IMG/VR virus record: IMGVR_UViG_3300028610_001024
Location: 13,729 to 77,728 of that record
Reading direction: 5' to 3' (one strand)
Source of the DNA: a virus
Length of the DNA stretch: 64,000 bases
How positions within the stretch are numbered: the stretch's first letter is position 1; every line of letters starts with the position of its first letter. This document shows positions 1-9,669 of this stretch, piece after piece. Position numbers and translations under genes: made by a program. The notes beneath the pieces were generated by a model, which was given only the letters and a program-made list of their open reading frames with translations, was not told the DNA's origin and ran no database searches.

Positions 1-1
1 C

Positions 2-505
2 ATGAAAGATTTTAGTGAAGCTCGACAACCCATAGCTGAGGATATCAATACCGCACGGGAAGCTATCGCATACGCTCAGGCAATGGATACCTTAAACGGT
101 GGGGGAGATTTTCTCCATAACGTACAAGTGCTTTCTAATACTAAATGTTTCGATATCAAACGCACTGGACTAGTGGCGTGTATCACCCTTGTCTACAACA
201 AAGAAATCAACCGAAGGAAAAAGATTGAATCAAGTACCAGCGAGTATCTTGGAAAGGTAAAGGATAAAATTACAGTTCAAGCAACGTTTGAGGGAATGGC
301 ACTCTTTGATGGCTACTATGGGGCGGTCTACATCTGCCAATTTGATTCTAATGGTAGTAAAATTGTATGGTGGGCTTCTAAGTCGCCTGAGCTTACTCCA
401 GGAGTTGAGGTTGAGTTAACAGGTAGAGTGAAGAAACATGATGAGTTTAAAAATGAGAAGCAAACGACGGTTACACACTGTAAAGTAAAGGAGCTGAATC
501 AATGA
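2..505 (+). CDS. Hypothetical phage protein with C-terminal OB-fold-like domain (probably 5'-truncated by the window)
   Basis: C-terminal beta-rich segment (YLGKVKDKI...VELTGRVKKHDEFKNEKQTTVTHCK) resembles an OB-fold; stop overlaps next start (ATGA). Confidence 0.6.
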   Translation: MKDFSEARQPIAEDINTAREAIAYAQAMDTLNGGGDFLHNVQVLSNTKCFDIKRTGLVACITLVYNKEINRRKKIESSTSEYLGKVKDKITVQATFEGMALFDGYYGAVYICQFDSNGSKIVWWASKSPELTPGVEVELTGRVKKHDEFKNEKQTTVTHCKVKELNQ

Positions 506-702
506 GCCTTCAAGATTTGTTTCAAGATTTGGGTGAGACTTTTTTAACATGGTGTGATGACTGTGGAAATGATCGTGATGACGTTGGACGGATGAGAGAA
601 TGTCCACATTGTGGAGACAGTATGTGTCAAGAGTGCTATAAGAAACATATTAAATGGTGCCTAGAAGAAGAGGAAAAATGGCGCCTAGAAGAAAAGGACT
701 AG
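502..702 (+). CDS. Small Cys-rich zinc-finger-like protein
   Basis: CDDC, CPHC, CQEC motifs; AAGGAG SD; ATGA coupling. Confidence 0.6.
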   Translation: MSLQDLFQDLGETFLTWCDDCGNDRDDVGRMRECPHCGDSMCQECYKKHIKWCLEEEEKWRLEEKD

Positions 703-964
703 ATATGAACACCCAAAAACGTCGCCGCTTAATTCATACCCTACTCTCACAAGTCGATGGTCTATCCCACCGAGCCGCTTTCAATCATGTCAGACGTGTT
801 AATTATTTCTCAATAGCTCATGATCTTGATGCTGTAGGGGAAGTAGTACAGAGGAAACCTTTCAAAATGTGGCAGTTGAGAACTACTCCGAAATGTCAAT
901 CGAAGGATCATCGTGCTACTAGTCCAAGAGTACACCTGAAAATGGAAACGAGAAGGAGCTAACA

Positions 965-1207
965 ATGAAGAAGTCACTTTCAAAAAGGGTAATCGATTTC
1001 CTCAAAATTCGCTGGATTGCTATCACTGACAGTATCTGGACAGATGATGCAGAGCTAGGATTGAAAATCGGTCCCATTGTCCTAGCCTACTATAAATGGG
1101 CGGATCCTACTGTTCTATGGAGACCTCAGTACAGAGAAATGGAAAAGAGAGAGTTCGGTGAGGCAATTCATACTCAATTAGTATATAAAAGGAAAAAATC
1201 AAAGTGA
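965..1207 (+). CDS. Hypothetical protein
   Basis: AAGGAG SD upstream; part of tightly coupled + strand ORF run. Confidence 0.55.
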   Translation: MKKSLSKRVIDFLKIRWIAITDSIWTDDAELGLKIGPIVLAYYKWADPTVLWRPQYREMEKREFGEAIHTQLVYKRKKSK

Positions 1208-1469
1208 ATTATGATTACCTTTTAATGGCAACGCCTTACCAAGCCCTTACCCGTCGTCTACCTCAAGTGCTCACTATAGGTACCATCATTCCAGTAATTG
1301 AACAGTTAGAGAACGCCTTACCTACCACTATAGGCGCATGGGTGGAGGTTACCACTAACGGCCCCGTAACCGGTCGAGATACGAAAGGACCACAGGATAA
1401 GCCTACAGCATTGTACTTCTCTGGACGTGAAGCTAGGGAAGGGAAATTGGACAATGAACTTTGGAGTGA

Positions 1470-1674
1470 AAGCAAATGATCAATAAAGTGAAACATAGTC
1501 TCTCTTCCGATGAGTGGCTTCATGTACGTGAAGCGGGAAGAGAAGCATATCAAGAAAGTAAGCGTACCCAAGATTCAGAGGAAGTAGCTGTACATGCGGC
1601 GGACCTAGCTAGGGAGGAATGCCTTGCGTATATTCAATTAACGGGTGAAGCAAATGATCAATAAAGTGAAACAT
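1470..1674 (+). repeat. 27-bp direct repeat AAGCAAATGATCAATAAAGTGAAACAT at 1470-1496 and 1648-1674
   Basis: Exact match read directly. Confidence 0.9.
1476..1664 (+). CDS. Hypothetical protein (N-terminus MINKVKH shared with next gene)
   Basis: GGAG SD; ATGA overlap; duplicated 27-bp start. Confidence 0.55.
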   Translation: MINKVKHSLSSDEWLHVREAGREAYQESKRTQDSEEVAVHAADLAREECLAYIQLTGEANDQ

Positions 1675-1881
1675 GGCTTAGACCCACATAGCCAAACCAT
1701 TACAGAAAAGACTGACTGGCCACCTGGGGTATTCCTTACTGAGGAGTCCGCTTTACAGTGTATAGGAGAACAATTTCGAGATACAAGGGATAGACTTTCA
1801 GTTAATCCCGTAACCTTTACGGTTAATGCCTGGACTATAAAGTTATGGGTAGTGACTGATGGTATATGGAGTAAGTTATGA
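1654..1881 (+). CDS. Hypothetical protein (N-terminus MINKVKH)
   Basis: ATG 1654 lies inside the duplicated start block. Confidence 0.5.
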   Translation: MINKVKHGLDPHSQTITEKTDWPPGVFLTEESALQCIGEQFRDTRDRLSVNPVTFTVNAWTIKLWVVTDGIWSKL

Positions 1882-2067
1882 TGGAACTTAGAATGTTAAA
1901 GCTGATTCTCTTAGAGCAAGCTGTACGGCTTAGCAATAATATTCTAACTGAAGCACTCGGAAATTTTTCATCTGCACTATCGAAACGTGAGATGAAACTA
2001 GCCACATGTGCAAGTGAGTCTCTGTCTAATCTAGCACGTAACCTGCTAGCCTATAGGAATCCATGAA

Positions 2068-2319
2068 ATGAAACCCATGAAAGGCTGTTCAAGCTGTAGC
2101 CCCTCAATCATCAATGGTCACTTTTGCCATGAGCAAGGCTGTCCTGATAGTTGGATGGATGAGAATGGGGTAGATTATCCTATTGAGTGTAAGGAATGTG
2201 GAAGGGAATTCTATCCTCATTTGAAATATGTCAAGTTTTGTAGCTCACTGTGTGAGAATATCTATCAAGGATATGAAGATGAGCTAACCTTTACACTAGA
2301 GTTAAATGATGAATACTGA
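2068..2319 (+). CDS. Cys/His-rich zinc-binding protein
   Basis: CSSC, CHEQGC, CKEC, CSSLC motifs. Confidence 0.6.
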   Translation: MKPMKGCSSCSPSIINGHFCHEQGCPDSWMDENGVDYPIECKECGREFYPHLKYVKFCSSLCENIYQGYEDELTFTLELNDEY

Positions 2320-2575
2320 AACCTACTTTCTGATATGTGATCCAAAGTCTGGTCTAGTGATACGTCGAGCCCGCCAACCCGCCAACATTACTGAGTCACA
2401 CTTAGTATCTCTTCATGTAGACAAAAGGTTATGGAAATCTTACCGGGCGGGTGAACCCGTAAACTGGACGGAGCTACCGCTAGTTGCTCAGGACTTATGG
2501 AATCGACGTAGACGCTAGCTGCTATCGGCGGCGGACGAGCCGAGTACCAGACCTGGTCAGCCAAAACTATCACTA

Positions 2576-2621
2576 TCCAGAATTCTGAATCCAAAATCTT
2601 GAATACATCCAACTTCTTGAA
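2576..2621. promoter_or_regulatory. Putative upstream activator sequence: three TYCA-N6-TGVA boxes
   Basis: TCCAGAATTCTGAA, TCCAAAATCTTGAA, TCCAACTTCTTGAA; same arrangement at 6446-6490. Confidence 0.6.
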
Positions 2622-2716
2622 TGTAGGTAAATACATATCAGCATCAGATCTATGGGGTAGAGTACATATATGCCCCATATTTACTCAATCCATGCTGTAG
2701 TACCCTCATAGATTGT

Positions 2717-2733
2717 CTGGCATGGGCCTTGCA
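2717..2733 (+). promoter_or_regulatory. Sigma-54 (-24/-12) promoter
   Basis: CTGGCATGGGCCTTGCA fits YTGGCAY-N4/5-TTGCW with GG-N10-GC; intergenic, upstream of ORF 2787. Confidence 0.75.
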
Positions 2734-2786
2734 GTGTAGTAGGATGTCTGGCAAGTAAGCTAGACAGAAGACAAGAGAACGAGACA

Positions 2787-2999
2787 ATGACAACATACGA
2801 AGCATACGTTACCGGTTACAACTTCCTCCCTGAATTGTCTGCTTTCCTGAAGAATCAAACAATCAAGGCGCGAATCCAAACTCTACTAGGCGAGGATGAT
2901 ATCCTCCCTATCAACAATGTTCAAGCCGCCGAGGAGGTCCTTGAATCCGGTAAGGGTCTAGAGGCTTATGAGTTGGCACGGAGTCTCTATAATGCTTAA
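2787..2999 (+). CDS. Hypothetical early protein
   Basis: First ORF after sigma-54 site; C-rich codons. Confidence 0.6.
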   Translation: MTTYEAYVTGYNFLPELSAFLKNQTIKARIQTLLGEDDILPINNVQAAEEVLESGKGLEAYELARSLYNA

Positions 3000-3279
3000 A
3001 ATGACCTACCTACAAGCCAAGACCTCCCTACTCGCCCAACTCGACGCTCATGAAGACTGGACAGTCACAACCCGCAATCGTAGCAACTTCAAGCCCCTCA
3101 AGGTTCCATATGTGACGCGTGACTACGATGACTGCCGGGTGTGGTTCAAATCTCAGAGTGTCTACCTGGGTTGGACTAACAACTTGAACGACGCCAGAAG
3201 CATACACATTGAAGACCTCAGAGTCGCGACACTGGCCGACGTGCTAGAGTCGGTCGACTATTACGTGAGTCTGGACTAG
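2992..3279 (+). CDS. Hypothetical early protein
   Basis: Coupled to previous ORF; likely start ATG 2992 or 3001. Confidence 0.6.
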   Translation: MLKMTYLQAKTSLLAQLDAHEDWTVTTRNRSNFKPLKVPYVTRDYDDCRVWFKSQSVYLGWTNNLNDARSIHIEDLRVATLADVLESVDYYVSLD

Positions 3280-3913
3280 AGGAGAGTACACCATGAACCA
3301 TGTACACCAGCAGCAAGCAAAAACAAGGACAAATGGTTAGAGTTAGTTAAACCTGAAGATATCATGCAACCCCCTGACCTCAACTTCGTCCCAACCCCCC
3401 CTTGCTTCATCCAGCCCATGGGTGGCTACCGCTCAACCCTAACCGGCCGTTTCCTCTCACGGGCCTATGTGGATTACCAACTTACCCTGTGGTGGACGCA
3501 AGAGCTACAAAGAGCCTGGACGCGTCAAGTCCAGCTTGCAGCTCTCATGCTTCAAGCAACGACTCAGACGACGGTAGCGACGCAACGTCGAGTGAGACAG
3601 GAGCGTCATATCGTGGTAGACTCAGATAGACCTATTCGACGTAAGCCCAGCAAGCGGGAACTAGAGGACAAGCGACGTCAGAAATTGTGGAATCAGTCAA
3701 GGAGTTACTCATGAATAGCACTCTAAGTAATGAAACCCCTCTATCAGTCGACTTCGATGATGAGATCAAAGATGAACTAGCAGAGTGGATAGATGGACCG
3801 GATGAAGATGGAGTTAATAAGCCCTCACGTAGCATCCTGTGGATCGACTACCAACCCAGTGAAGATCTTGAAGCACGACATGAGTACAACGAAGCGACTA
3901 GGGGATATTAAAA

Positions 3914-4177
3914 ATGAGTTATGAAAATAATTCACACATTCCGGATTACTTTGAATCTTGTAAAACCATAACACAAGTAAATACCTTCATCTATGGTGTC
4001 TGTAAGCAAGTAAAGTTCAAACCTGGCTGGACTGATGATAAGCAAGACGCTGTTCACATTGGCTATAGTTCTGATACTGAAACCTTTACCGTGTCCGTTT
4101 GGAATGGTGGTGACTCCACCAAAATCAGAGAAGCGATTCGGGATTTCTACAACCTACACGAGGAGAGAGTGTCATAA
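3914..4177 (+). CDS. Hypothetical protein
   Basis: ORF in + strand run. Confidence 0.5.
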   Translation: MSYENNSHIPDYFESCKTITQVNTFIYGVCKQVKFKPGWTDDKQDAVHIGYSSDTETFTVSVWNGGDSTKIREAIRDFYNLHEERVS

Positions 4178-4869
4178 GTGGATTCACCCCCCTGTTTGCA
4201 GCTGTGGTGAGGACCATACATATACTGGAGGAAACCCATGCAAGACACAACCTTGACACGTCGAGCTATCCACCCCAACGACACCCATAACGGTGAAAGC
4301 TCAGGAGCCTCACACCTAACCCCCAGCAAGGATCCGTTCAAGCTAGGCCTTCCAACCTTACCTGAACTGCAAATGGAAGCCCGAATCCTTGACCATATGG
4401 AATTCCTAGCTAGTATAGGAGTTGAGAAAATCGACCGTCGTAAGCTAGCCGAAATGGCGATTGAGAAAGCTGACGCGTTCGTGGCTATATTCAAACCTCG
4501 TAAGGAGTAATGACATGTCGATACATCGTAGTAGGATGAAACAGTGGGCTCAATCCATTAACCCTGATGTAACAGAAAGGGATATTGATTGGTTGGTGGA
4601 ATGTCTACCTGAATCAAGTTCCTTTTCTAATACACTTGACAGGGAAATACAACAAGCAAACCAGGTTGCTATCGATCAGGGTACATTCAAAATGTTTCGA
4701 CTGAACTCTAATGGAACTAAAACAGACATAGCCGAGGAGTAACCAACGAAAATCACTCTGATAGCTCTAGTCCTCCATGCATGGGGCTGGCCTGGACTTG
4801 GTATCTATGCCATTGTCGTCCTAATAGTTCACTTTCTCGAATGTAAATACCTTTAAAGGAGTTCCTATC

Positions 4870-5244
4870 ATGGCGTTTCAATCTCTTCCTCGGACTCGTA
4901 GGTCAGTACAGTATCTCCTCACTAAAGTTCAGATCTCCAATTGCAAATCAACTCCTCACGTGTTTAGGTTCACAAGTAAAGTTCTTCTAGACCATAGTAA
5001 ACATTTATTTCCTGGAGCTGAGATTACAATAGATATTGATATCGATAGGTCGCAGGTAGCTTTCCGTAAGGCGAAAAATAGTGAACCCTCTTGGAGAATC
5101 TCTAAACCAAAGAAAAGTAATAGTACATTTAGCTCTAAAAATCTCTATGAGTTGATAGGACTTGGTACATGGGAAATTATTAAAATTCGAGTTGGTAATA
5201 AATACTATCCGGGATTCTATTACGGGCGGATTAAAGGGAAATGA
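4870..5244 (+). CDS. Basic hypothetical protein, possibly AbrB-like DNA-binding
   Basis: AAGGAG SD; beta-rich, basic. Confidence 0.45.
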   Translation: MAFQSLPRTRRSVQYLLTKVQISNCKSTPHVFRFTSKVLLDHSKHLFPGAEITIDIDIDRSQVAFRKAKNSEPSWRISKPKKSNSTFSSKNLYELIGLGTWEIIKIRVGNKYYPGFYYGRIKGK

Positions 5245-5904
5245 ACTTATCTAATGATCCAAGGGCCGTATATAACCGACTTCGATTAGAAGTTCCTCAG
5301 CCAATAAGAGAAGACGCTCTACGAAGGAGTCGTATACAGACCGATCCAACTGAAGAGAATATCAACTCTGTTTCTGAGATGTACGAGATTGTCTTACTTA
5401 AAAAACCAGGTAATCTATTGCATCAGCGTCTTGAGCAAGCTTTTCTAAACCTAAAGAGGTAAATTCATGAACCAAGTCCACCTATCTACTCTCCCGCCGG
5501 GTATCGACTTCATCTATCATCATCCTAACGGTAATGATATTGAGTGTCGTTCAGTTGGTAAGGGTAGCTATGAGTATTTTGACAATGGACTAGGCCAAAT
5601 GGAAACGCTGTATAGTCCCACCATGCTTTGTGATATAACCAATTCCGATCTAACACTAATGCAAAGTGAACAAAGGCTTAGTAAACATTTGCGACATAGG
5701 TTGCATGTTGAGACTGGGGAGTAAGTCATGGAAAATGTAAAAGATTCTAAAGATAAAGTAATTCGAGTGATACAGGATGGCTACCATCAACCTACGTGGA
5801 GAAACCTACAAGGATTATTGTGGTGAGAGTGATCTAGAGGTAACAGACTGTGATTGTGAGAAGTGCTTCAAATTAAGATCACAAGCTTATGCAAAGGATA
5901 ATCA

Positions 5905-6378
5905 ATGAAAACCACTAAAACCTTCAACCCTTCAATTGAGCAAACCATTCCCAACTTTTTCCCTGACATTAAACAACGCAAGCTTGCCTATACCATACTC
6001 AAGGTTCTCAACATCATCCCCAATCGTAAACTAATATTTGAAAAGGAACCCAACTGTAGAGGTAAATGTCCTGTCAGATTATACCTTATCAAAGATCTCA
6101 AAAAGGTACAATCACACCTTACCCAAAGCCAAACCATTACTCAAATCCCAAAAGGCTACACCGATGTTCATACACTAGAACGAAAGTACGACCTACCTAA
6201 TAGAACTATCTACCTGATATTCAAAACGGTTGGACTTGAATCAAATCAAATGTATAAACCTGAAGGACTAGGTACAGGGAGGAAACTGTTTAAGGTTAAG
6301 GATACAGAGTATGTAATGAAGTGGATTGTGAAGTCACGGGAACGATTCAGTGATCGAATATCCAACAGAGAGAGCTAG
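5905..6378 (+). CDS. Putative DNA-binding protein with two repeated wHTH-like units; paralog of 8461-8919
   Basis: Shared KxAYT, RG..xLY, P(K/D)G..D, VGLE, EYV motifs with 8461-8919. Confidence 0.55.
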   Translation: MKTTKTFNPSIEQTIPNFFPDIKQRKLAYTILKVLNIIPNRKLIFEKEPNCRGKCPVRLYLIKDLKKVQSHLTQSQTITQIPKGYTDVHTLERKYDLPNRTIYLIFKTVGLESNQMYKPEGLGTGRKLFKVKDTEYVMKWIVKSRERFSDRISNRES

Positions 6379-6384
6379 TTGAAT

Positions 6385-6401
6385 TTGGCACGATTCTTGC
6401 A
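6385..6401 (+). promoter_or_regulatory. Sigma-54 promoter motif
   Basis: TTGGCACGATTCTTGCA, a consensus match, intergenic. Confidence 0.7.
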
Positions 6402-6445
6402 GGCTACCCTCTAACCTTACCCAACTCAACTCTACCAACCCTCGA

Positions 6446-6490
6446 TCCAAATTCCTGGATTCAAAATTCTGCATACTCCAAGGAATTGAA
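6446..6490. promoter_or_regulatory. Putative upstream activator sequence: three TYCA-N6-TGVA boxes
   Basis: TCCAAATTCCTGGA, TTCAAAATTCTGCA, TCCAAGGAATTGAA; starts 140 bp upstream of the 6586 promoter. Confidence 0.6.
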
Positions 6491-6585
6491 GTTAGGTAAG
6501 TCTATAGGATCATAGAGAGTATGTAGCCCAAAGCATATATGTCGTGGATTTGCTCAATCCATGCTACTCCCCACTGAGGATTGAG

Positions 6586-6602
6586 TTGGCATGGACCTTG
6601 CT
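6586..6602 (+). promoter_or_regulatory. Sigma-54 (-24/-12) promoter
   Basis: TTGGCATGGACCTTGCT; upstream region homologous to that of the 2717 promoter. Confidence 0.75.
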
Positions 6603-6653
6603 ATATAGAGGAGTGTACGGGACACGAACTAACCAAATAAGAGGACTAAGACA

Positions 6654-6908
6654 ATGACCAAGGTCAAGCAAGCCAAACGCGCCGCCCTCCAAACTAAAGT
6701 CCTCAAGGCCTTCCGTAAGATCACAATCATTGAGCTTCTCGACGGTCCCGGGAAAACGGTCACATGTATGGACCTAGTCACCTTGGATATCTGCCAGACA
6801 CACGAACAGGCCATAGAGTTAATGGACGAGATGTGGGAAGCCCAGCAAGTCTACACAGTGAACGGGTATGGAACGAGCGCACAAGATCACGACTTCGCAA
6901 GCTGCTAG
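6654..6908 (+). CDS. Hypothetical early protein
   Basis: GAGG SD; first ORF after sigma-54 promoter. Confidence 0.6.
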   Translation: MTKVKQAKRAALQTKVLKAFRKITIIELLDGPGKTVTCMDLVTLDICQTHEQAIELMDEMWEAQQVYTVNGYGTSAQDHDFASC

Positions 6909-6942
6909 ACTCTAACTGACACCCCAAACAAGGACACACGCC

Positions 6943-7206
6943 ATGCGCTACATCAAACCTCAATCGACCGCTAAGACTCTCCGCCGTTCCAAGGCAATGC
7001 TGATCAACTTAGGTCAGACAGTGACCTCTGCTACGATCCGGAGCAACGGTGAGAAAGCTGAGCCTTACCCTCTCAAGGCTCTCAAAGGTCGTCTCATGCG
7101 AGAAATCCACTCCCCCAACTCTAGTCGATCGGACTACTACCAGGAAGCCGACGGATCCGTTACGATGTTGGCTCATGGTAACTGTACAATCAAGCTGAGC
7201 TTCTGA
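6943..7206 (+). CDS. Hypothetical early protein
   Basis: AAGGA SD. Confidence 0.55.
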   Translation: MRYIKPQSTAKTLRRSKAMLINLGQTVTSATIRSNGEKAEPYPLKALKGRLMREIHSPNSSRSDYYQEADGSVTMLAHGNCTIKLSF

Positions 7207-7379
7207 GGACGATACGATGTCAACCTCAACCTACGATTCACCCTTCGCGGACTACATCGTCAAATTCTCCAAGGGTCTTACACTCCGAGCACGGCTCGAC
7301 AAGGACTACAAGGTCGGAGATGAAACAGAGACCCAATTCGGTACCGTTACCATCGTACGCGTACTTGAGGACTAGCACC

Positions 7380-7694
7380 ATGCAAGACACTAGCACCTAC
7401 GACGCAGCTCTAGCACTCTTCCTGTCCTACGCTCTCAGCATTCAACCTGAGCAACACGCCAGCTTTCCAGTCCCTGTTTTCACCATTGAACCCGGCCGTA
7501 AGTACGACCGTATCATCCTAGCTAACCCTCACAAGTCCGCTTTCTGTTTCGTCCGTAAGTCCGACGGCGCTGTGCTCAAGACTGCCAATTACAAAGCACC
7601 AGCCAAGCACCCTCGTGGCACGATCTACCTTGACGACCCTAGCAACGTTGACGCCTACGGGATCGGCCCGTATGGTGCAAACTACCTGAGATAG
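7380..7694 (+). CDS. Conserved phage hypothetical protein (GRKY...DG.V.K.A..KAPAK..RG family)
   Basis: Motif recognised from memory of a widespread uncharacterised phage family; GAGG SD before ATG 7380. Confidence 0.65.
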   Translation: MQDTSTYDAALALFLSYALSIQPEQHASFPVPVFTIEPGRKYDRIILANPHKSAFCFVRKSDGAVLKTANYKAPAKHPRGTIYLDDPSNVDAYGIGPYGANYLR

Positions 7695-7705
7695 GACTCT
7701 CCCCC

Positions 7706-8197
7706 ATGTCTACCACTGGCACACTTTGCCCCCTCTGTCAACATCCCACAGCCACCTACGACCCTTCAGCCCGTACCCTCATCTGTACCGACTGCGAACA
7801 TGTCGAGCCCGTCACTTTAGTCCTGGCCATGACCTTGTGGGATGTAGCTATTGATATAAATAACCGGGAATTTGCCAAGTGTGTCACCGTTGAAAAAGAG
7901 CAAGGTTGTGATGAGGATACATGGCTAGCAGCATTAGGCAATGATAAAAAAACTAACGCTATCGAAGCTCAACAGAGGGCTATCCGAGCTGAGTACATGA
8001 CCACGGATGGCATCTTTGACGTCCAACAAGTCGTTCTAATCACTACAATCAAGCACTACGTCCAAGACCTAGCAGACAGTCCAGACGTCACGCCTGAGAG
8101 CCGCCAGCAAGTCTTAGAGCTACTCGAAACCACCGCCCTTAAACCTCAAGTGCTAGTCACTTGGGCGCGTAAGGTCTTAGCCAAAGCATACAAGTAA
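7706..8197 (+). CDS. Zinc-ribbon protein
   Basis: CPLC...CTDC at the N-terminus. Confidence 0.55.
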   Translation: MSTTGTLCPLCQHPTATYDPSARTLICTDCEHVEPVTLVLAMTLWDVAIDINNREFAKCVTVEKEQGCDEDTWLAALGNDKKTNAIEAQQRAIRAEYMTTDGIFDVQQVVLITTIKHYVQDLADSPDVTPESRQQVLELLETTALKPQVLVTWARKVLAKAYK

Positions 8198-8460
8198 TTC
8201 ATGACAATTCATAACTGACCACCCCCCTGTAATGACCCAAAACGCTATAAACTGACCTTAGTTAAAGCACTTGACTTACACCACCTTACCGCTTACCCTT
8301 ACGGAGTTAGTGGAGCTTTTCAGATTTTTTGTGGCAATCCAGGCTCGGAAATGAACTGGGATCTAAACCATCTTACAGACTACATTGTCTCGTCTACCGC
8401 TTCTGGCCCCTCTTTCATTCTCATTCCAGTGAGTGTACCATGTACCTCCAAAGGACCAAA

Positions 8461-8919
8461 ATGCTAGTTACAAACTACGACAGCACCAAACTTGAAACCG
8501 TTCAAGCCTACTTTCCGAAGTCTCAACAGCCAAAGGCCTACACCTACATCCGTGACCATGAAATTGAGCACGAAGCTACCTATAGGAAGGCTTCCAAGAC
8601 TCGCGGACGGGGTTCTAAGCTCTACCCTGTAGATACCCTCCAGGAGATCAAAACGACGCTCAACAAGGCCTCCCAGGAGGTTCTAACGGCTCTCCCAGAC
8701 GGGTGTATGGACCTTGCTGGAATCTCGGAGCGATATGGTATAGAATCGCACCGTATCTCGGCAGGCTTCGCCCTTGTGGGGCTTGAACCGAGGACGACAT
8801 ACCGACGTGGTAAAGCTGGTCGTCCTGTAAATGCCTACAACTTAAAGGCTGTTGAGTACGTCATAAGTGGCTTACATGAGCTTCGACAGGGACTTGATAA
8901 TTTTCATGAGGAGTGTTAG
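8461..8919 (+). CDS. Putative DNA-binding protein, paralog of 5905-6378
   Basis: AAGGA SD; internal repeat TYR..GR...Y; HTH-like LAGISERYGIESHRI. Confidence 0.55.
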   Translation: MLVTNYDSTKLETVQAYFPKSQQPKAYTYIRDHEIEHEATYRKASKTRGRGSKLYPVDTLQEIKTTLNKASQEVLTALPDGCMDLAGISERYGIESHRISAGFALVGLEPRTTYRRGKAGRPVNAYNLKAVEYVISGLHELRQGLDNFHEEC

Positions 8920-9669
8920 AGCATGGATCCACTAGAAAGACTTCAAATCCAAACAGAAATCACCATTCTCTTCATCGATGAGGGGCTTAATAGACAGATC
9001 ACTCGGAAGATGAAGGCCCGACCGTGTGTAGGGGATGCCGTTGAATGGTTTTACATGCCGTCCCCAATTATTAAACAGGTTCTAATACCATCAGGGGAGA
9101 AGGAGAGCCAATTCACAAAGTACGACTTTGTTTGTATACTCTAACTCTCTTACAAGGAATGGATCATGGACCCAACCAAAACCCTAGCTGAGTTTCTACA
9201 TACCTGTAAAGGTACGTTCAACTTATCTATCACCTACCCGACATACTGGAGACCATAATGTCCAACCTTCTACCCACACTCGGAGTCTTCCCTTTAACCC
9301 CCACCCATGAGATACTTGACGGTGAACCTGTAGACGCAACCCAATTTGGCTGTAATCCCAGTGGGTCTTTACATGATTACACTGAGCATTCGACTGAGGT
9401 CTTAGCAGAGGAGGCACTATCTCAATATCGAATATATCAGGCAATTAACACTCTCATAGAGGCAAAACTGGGGTGATCACCCCAGAAGACCTCACCACTT
9501 ACACCAACGATGAACTCACTCAACTTCAGCAACTCCTCAACCTTGAAACTGTCAAGCCCTGGCGTACAGTTAAGAGTCTACAAGCTGGACTAGAGAATGT
9601 ACTACCGTACAAGGGTAAAAGTGAGCTTGATAATCTTGAACCGTCCGACCTATTAAAAGATGAGAAATA

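Noticed and set aside
8200-8305. Short TGACC and CTTAC repeats near the 8271 promoter
   Set aside because: Too short and irregularly spaced to distinguish from chance by eye
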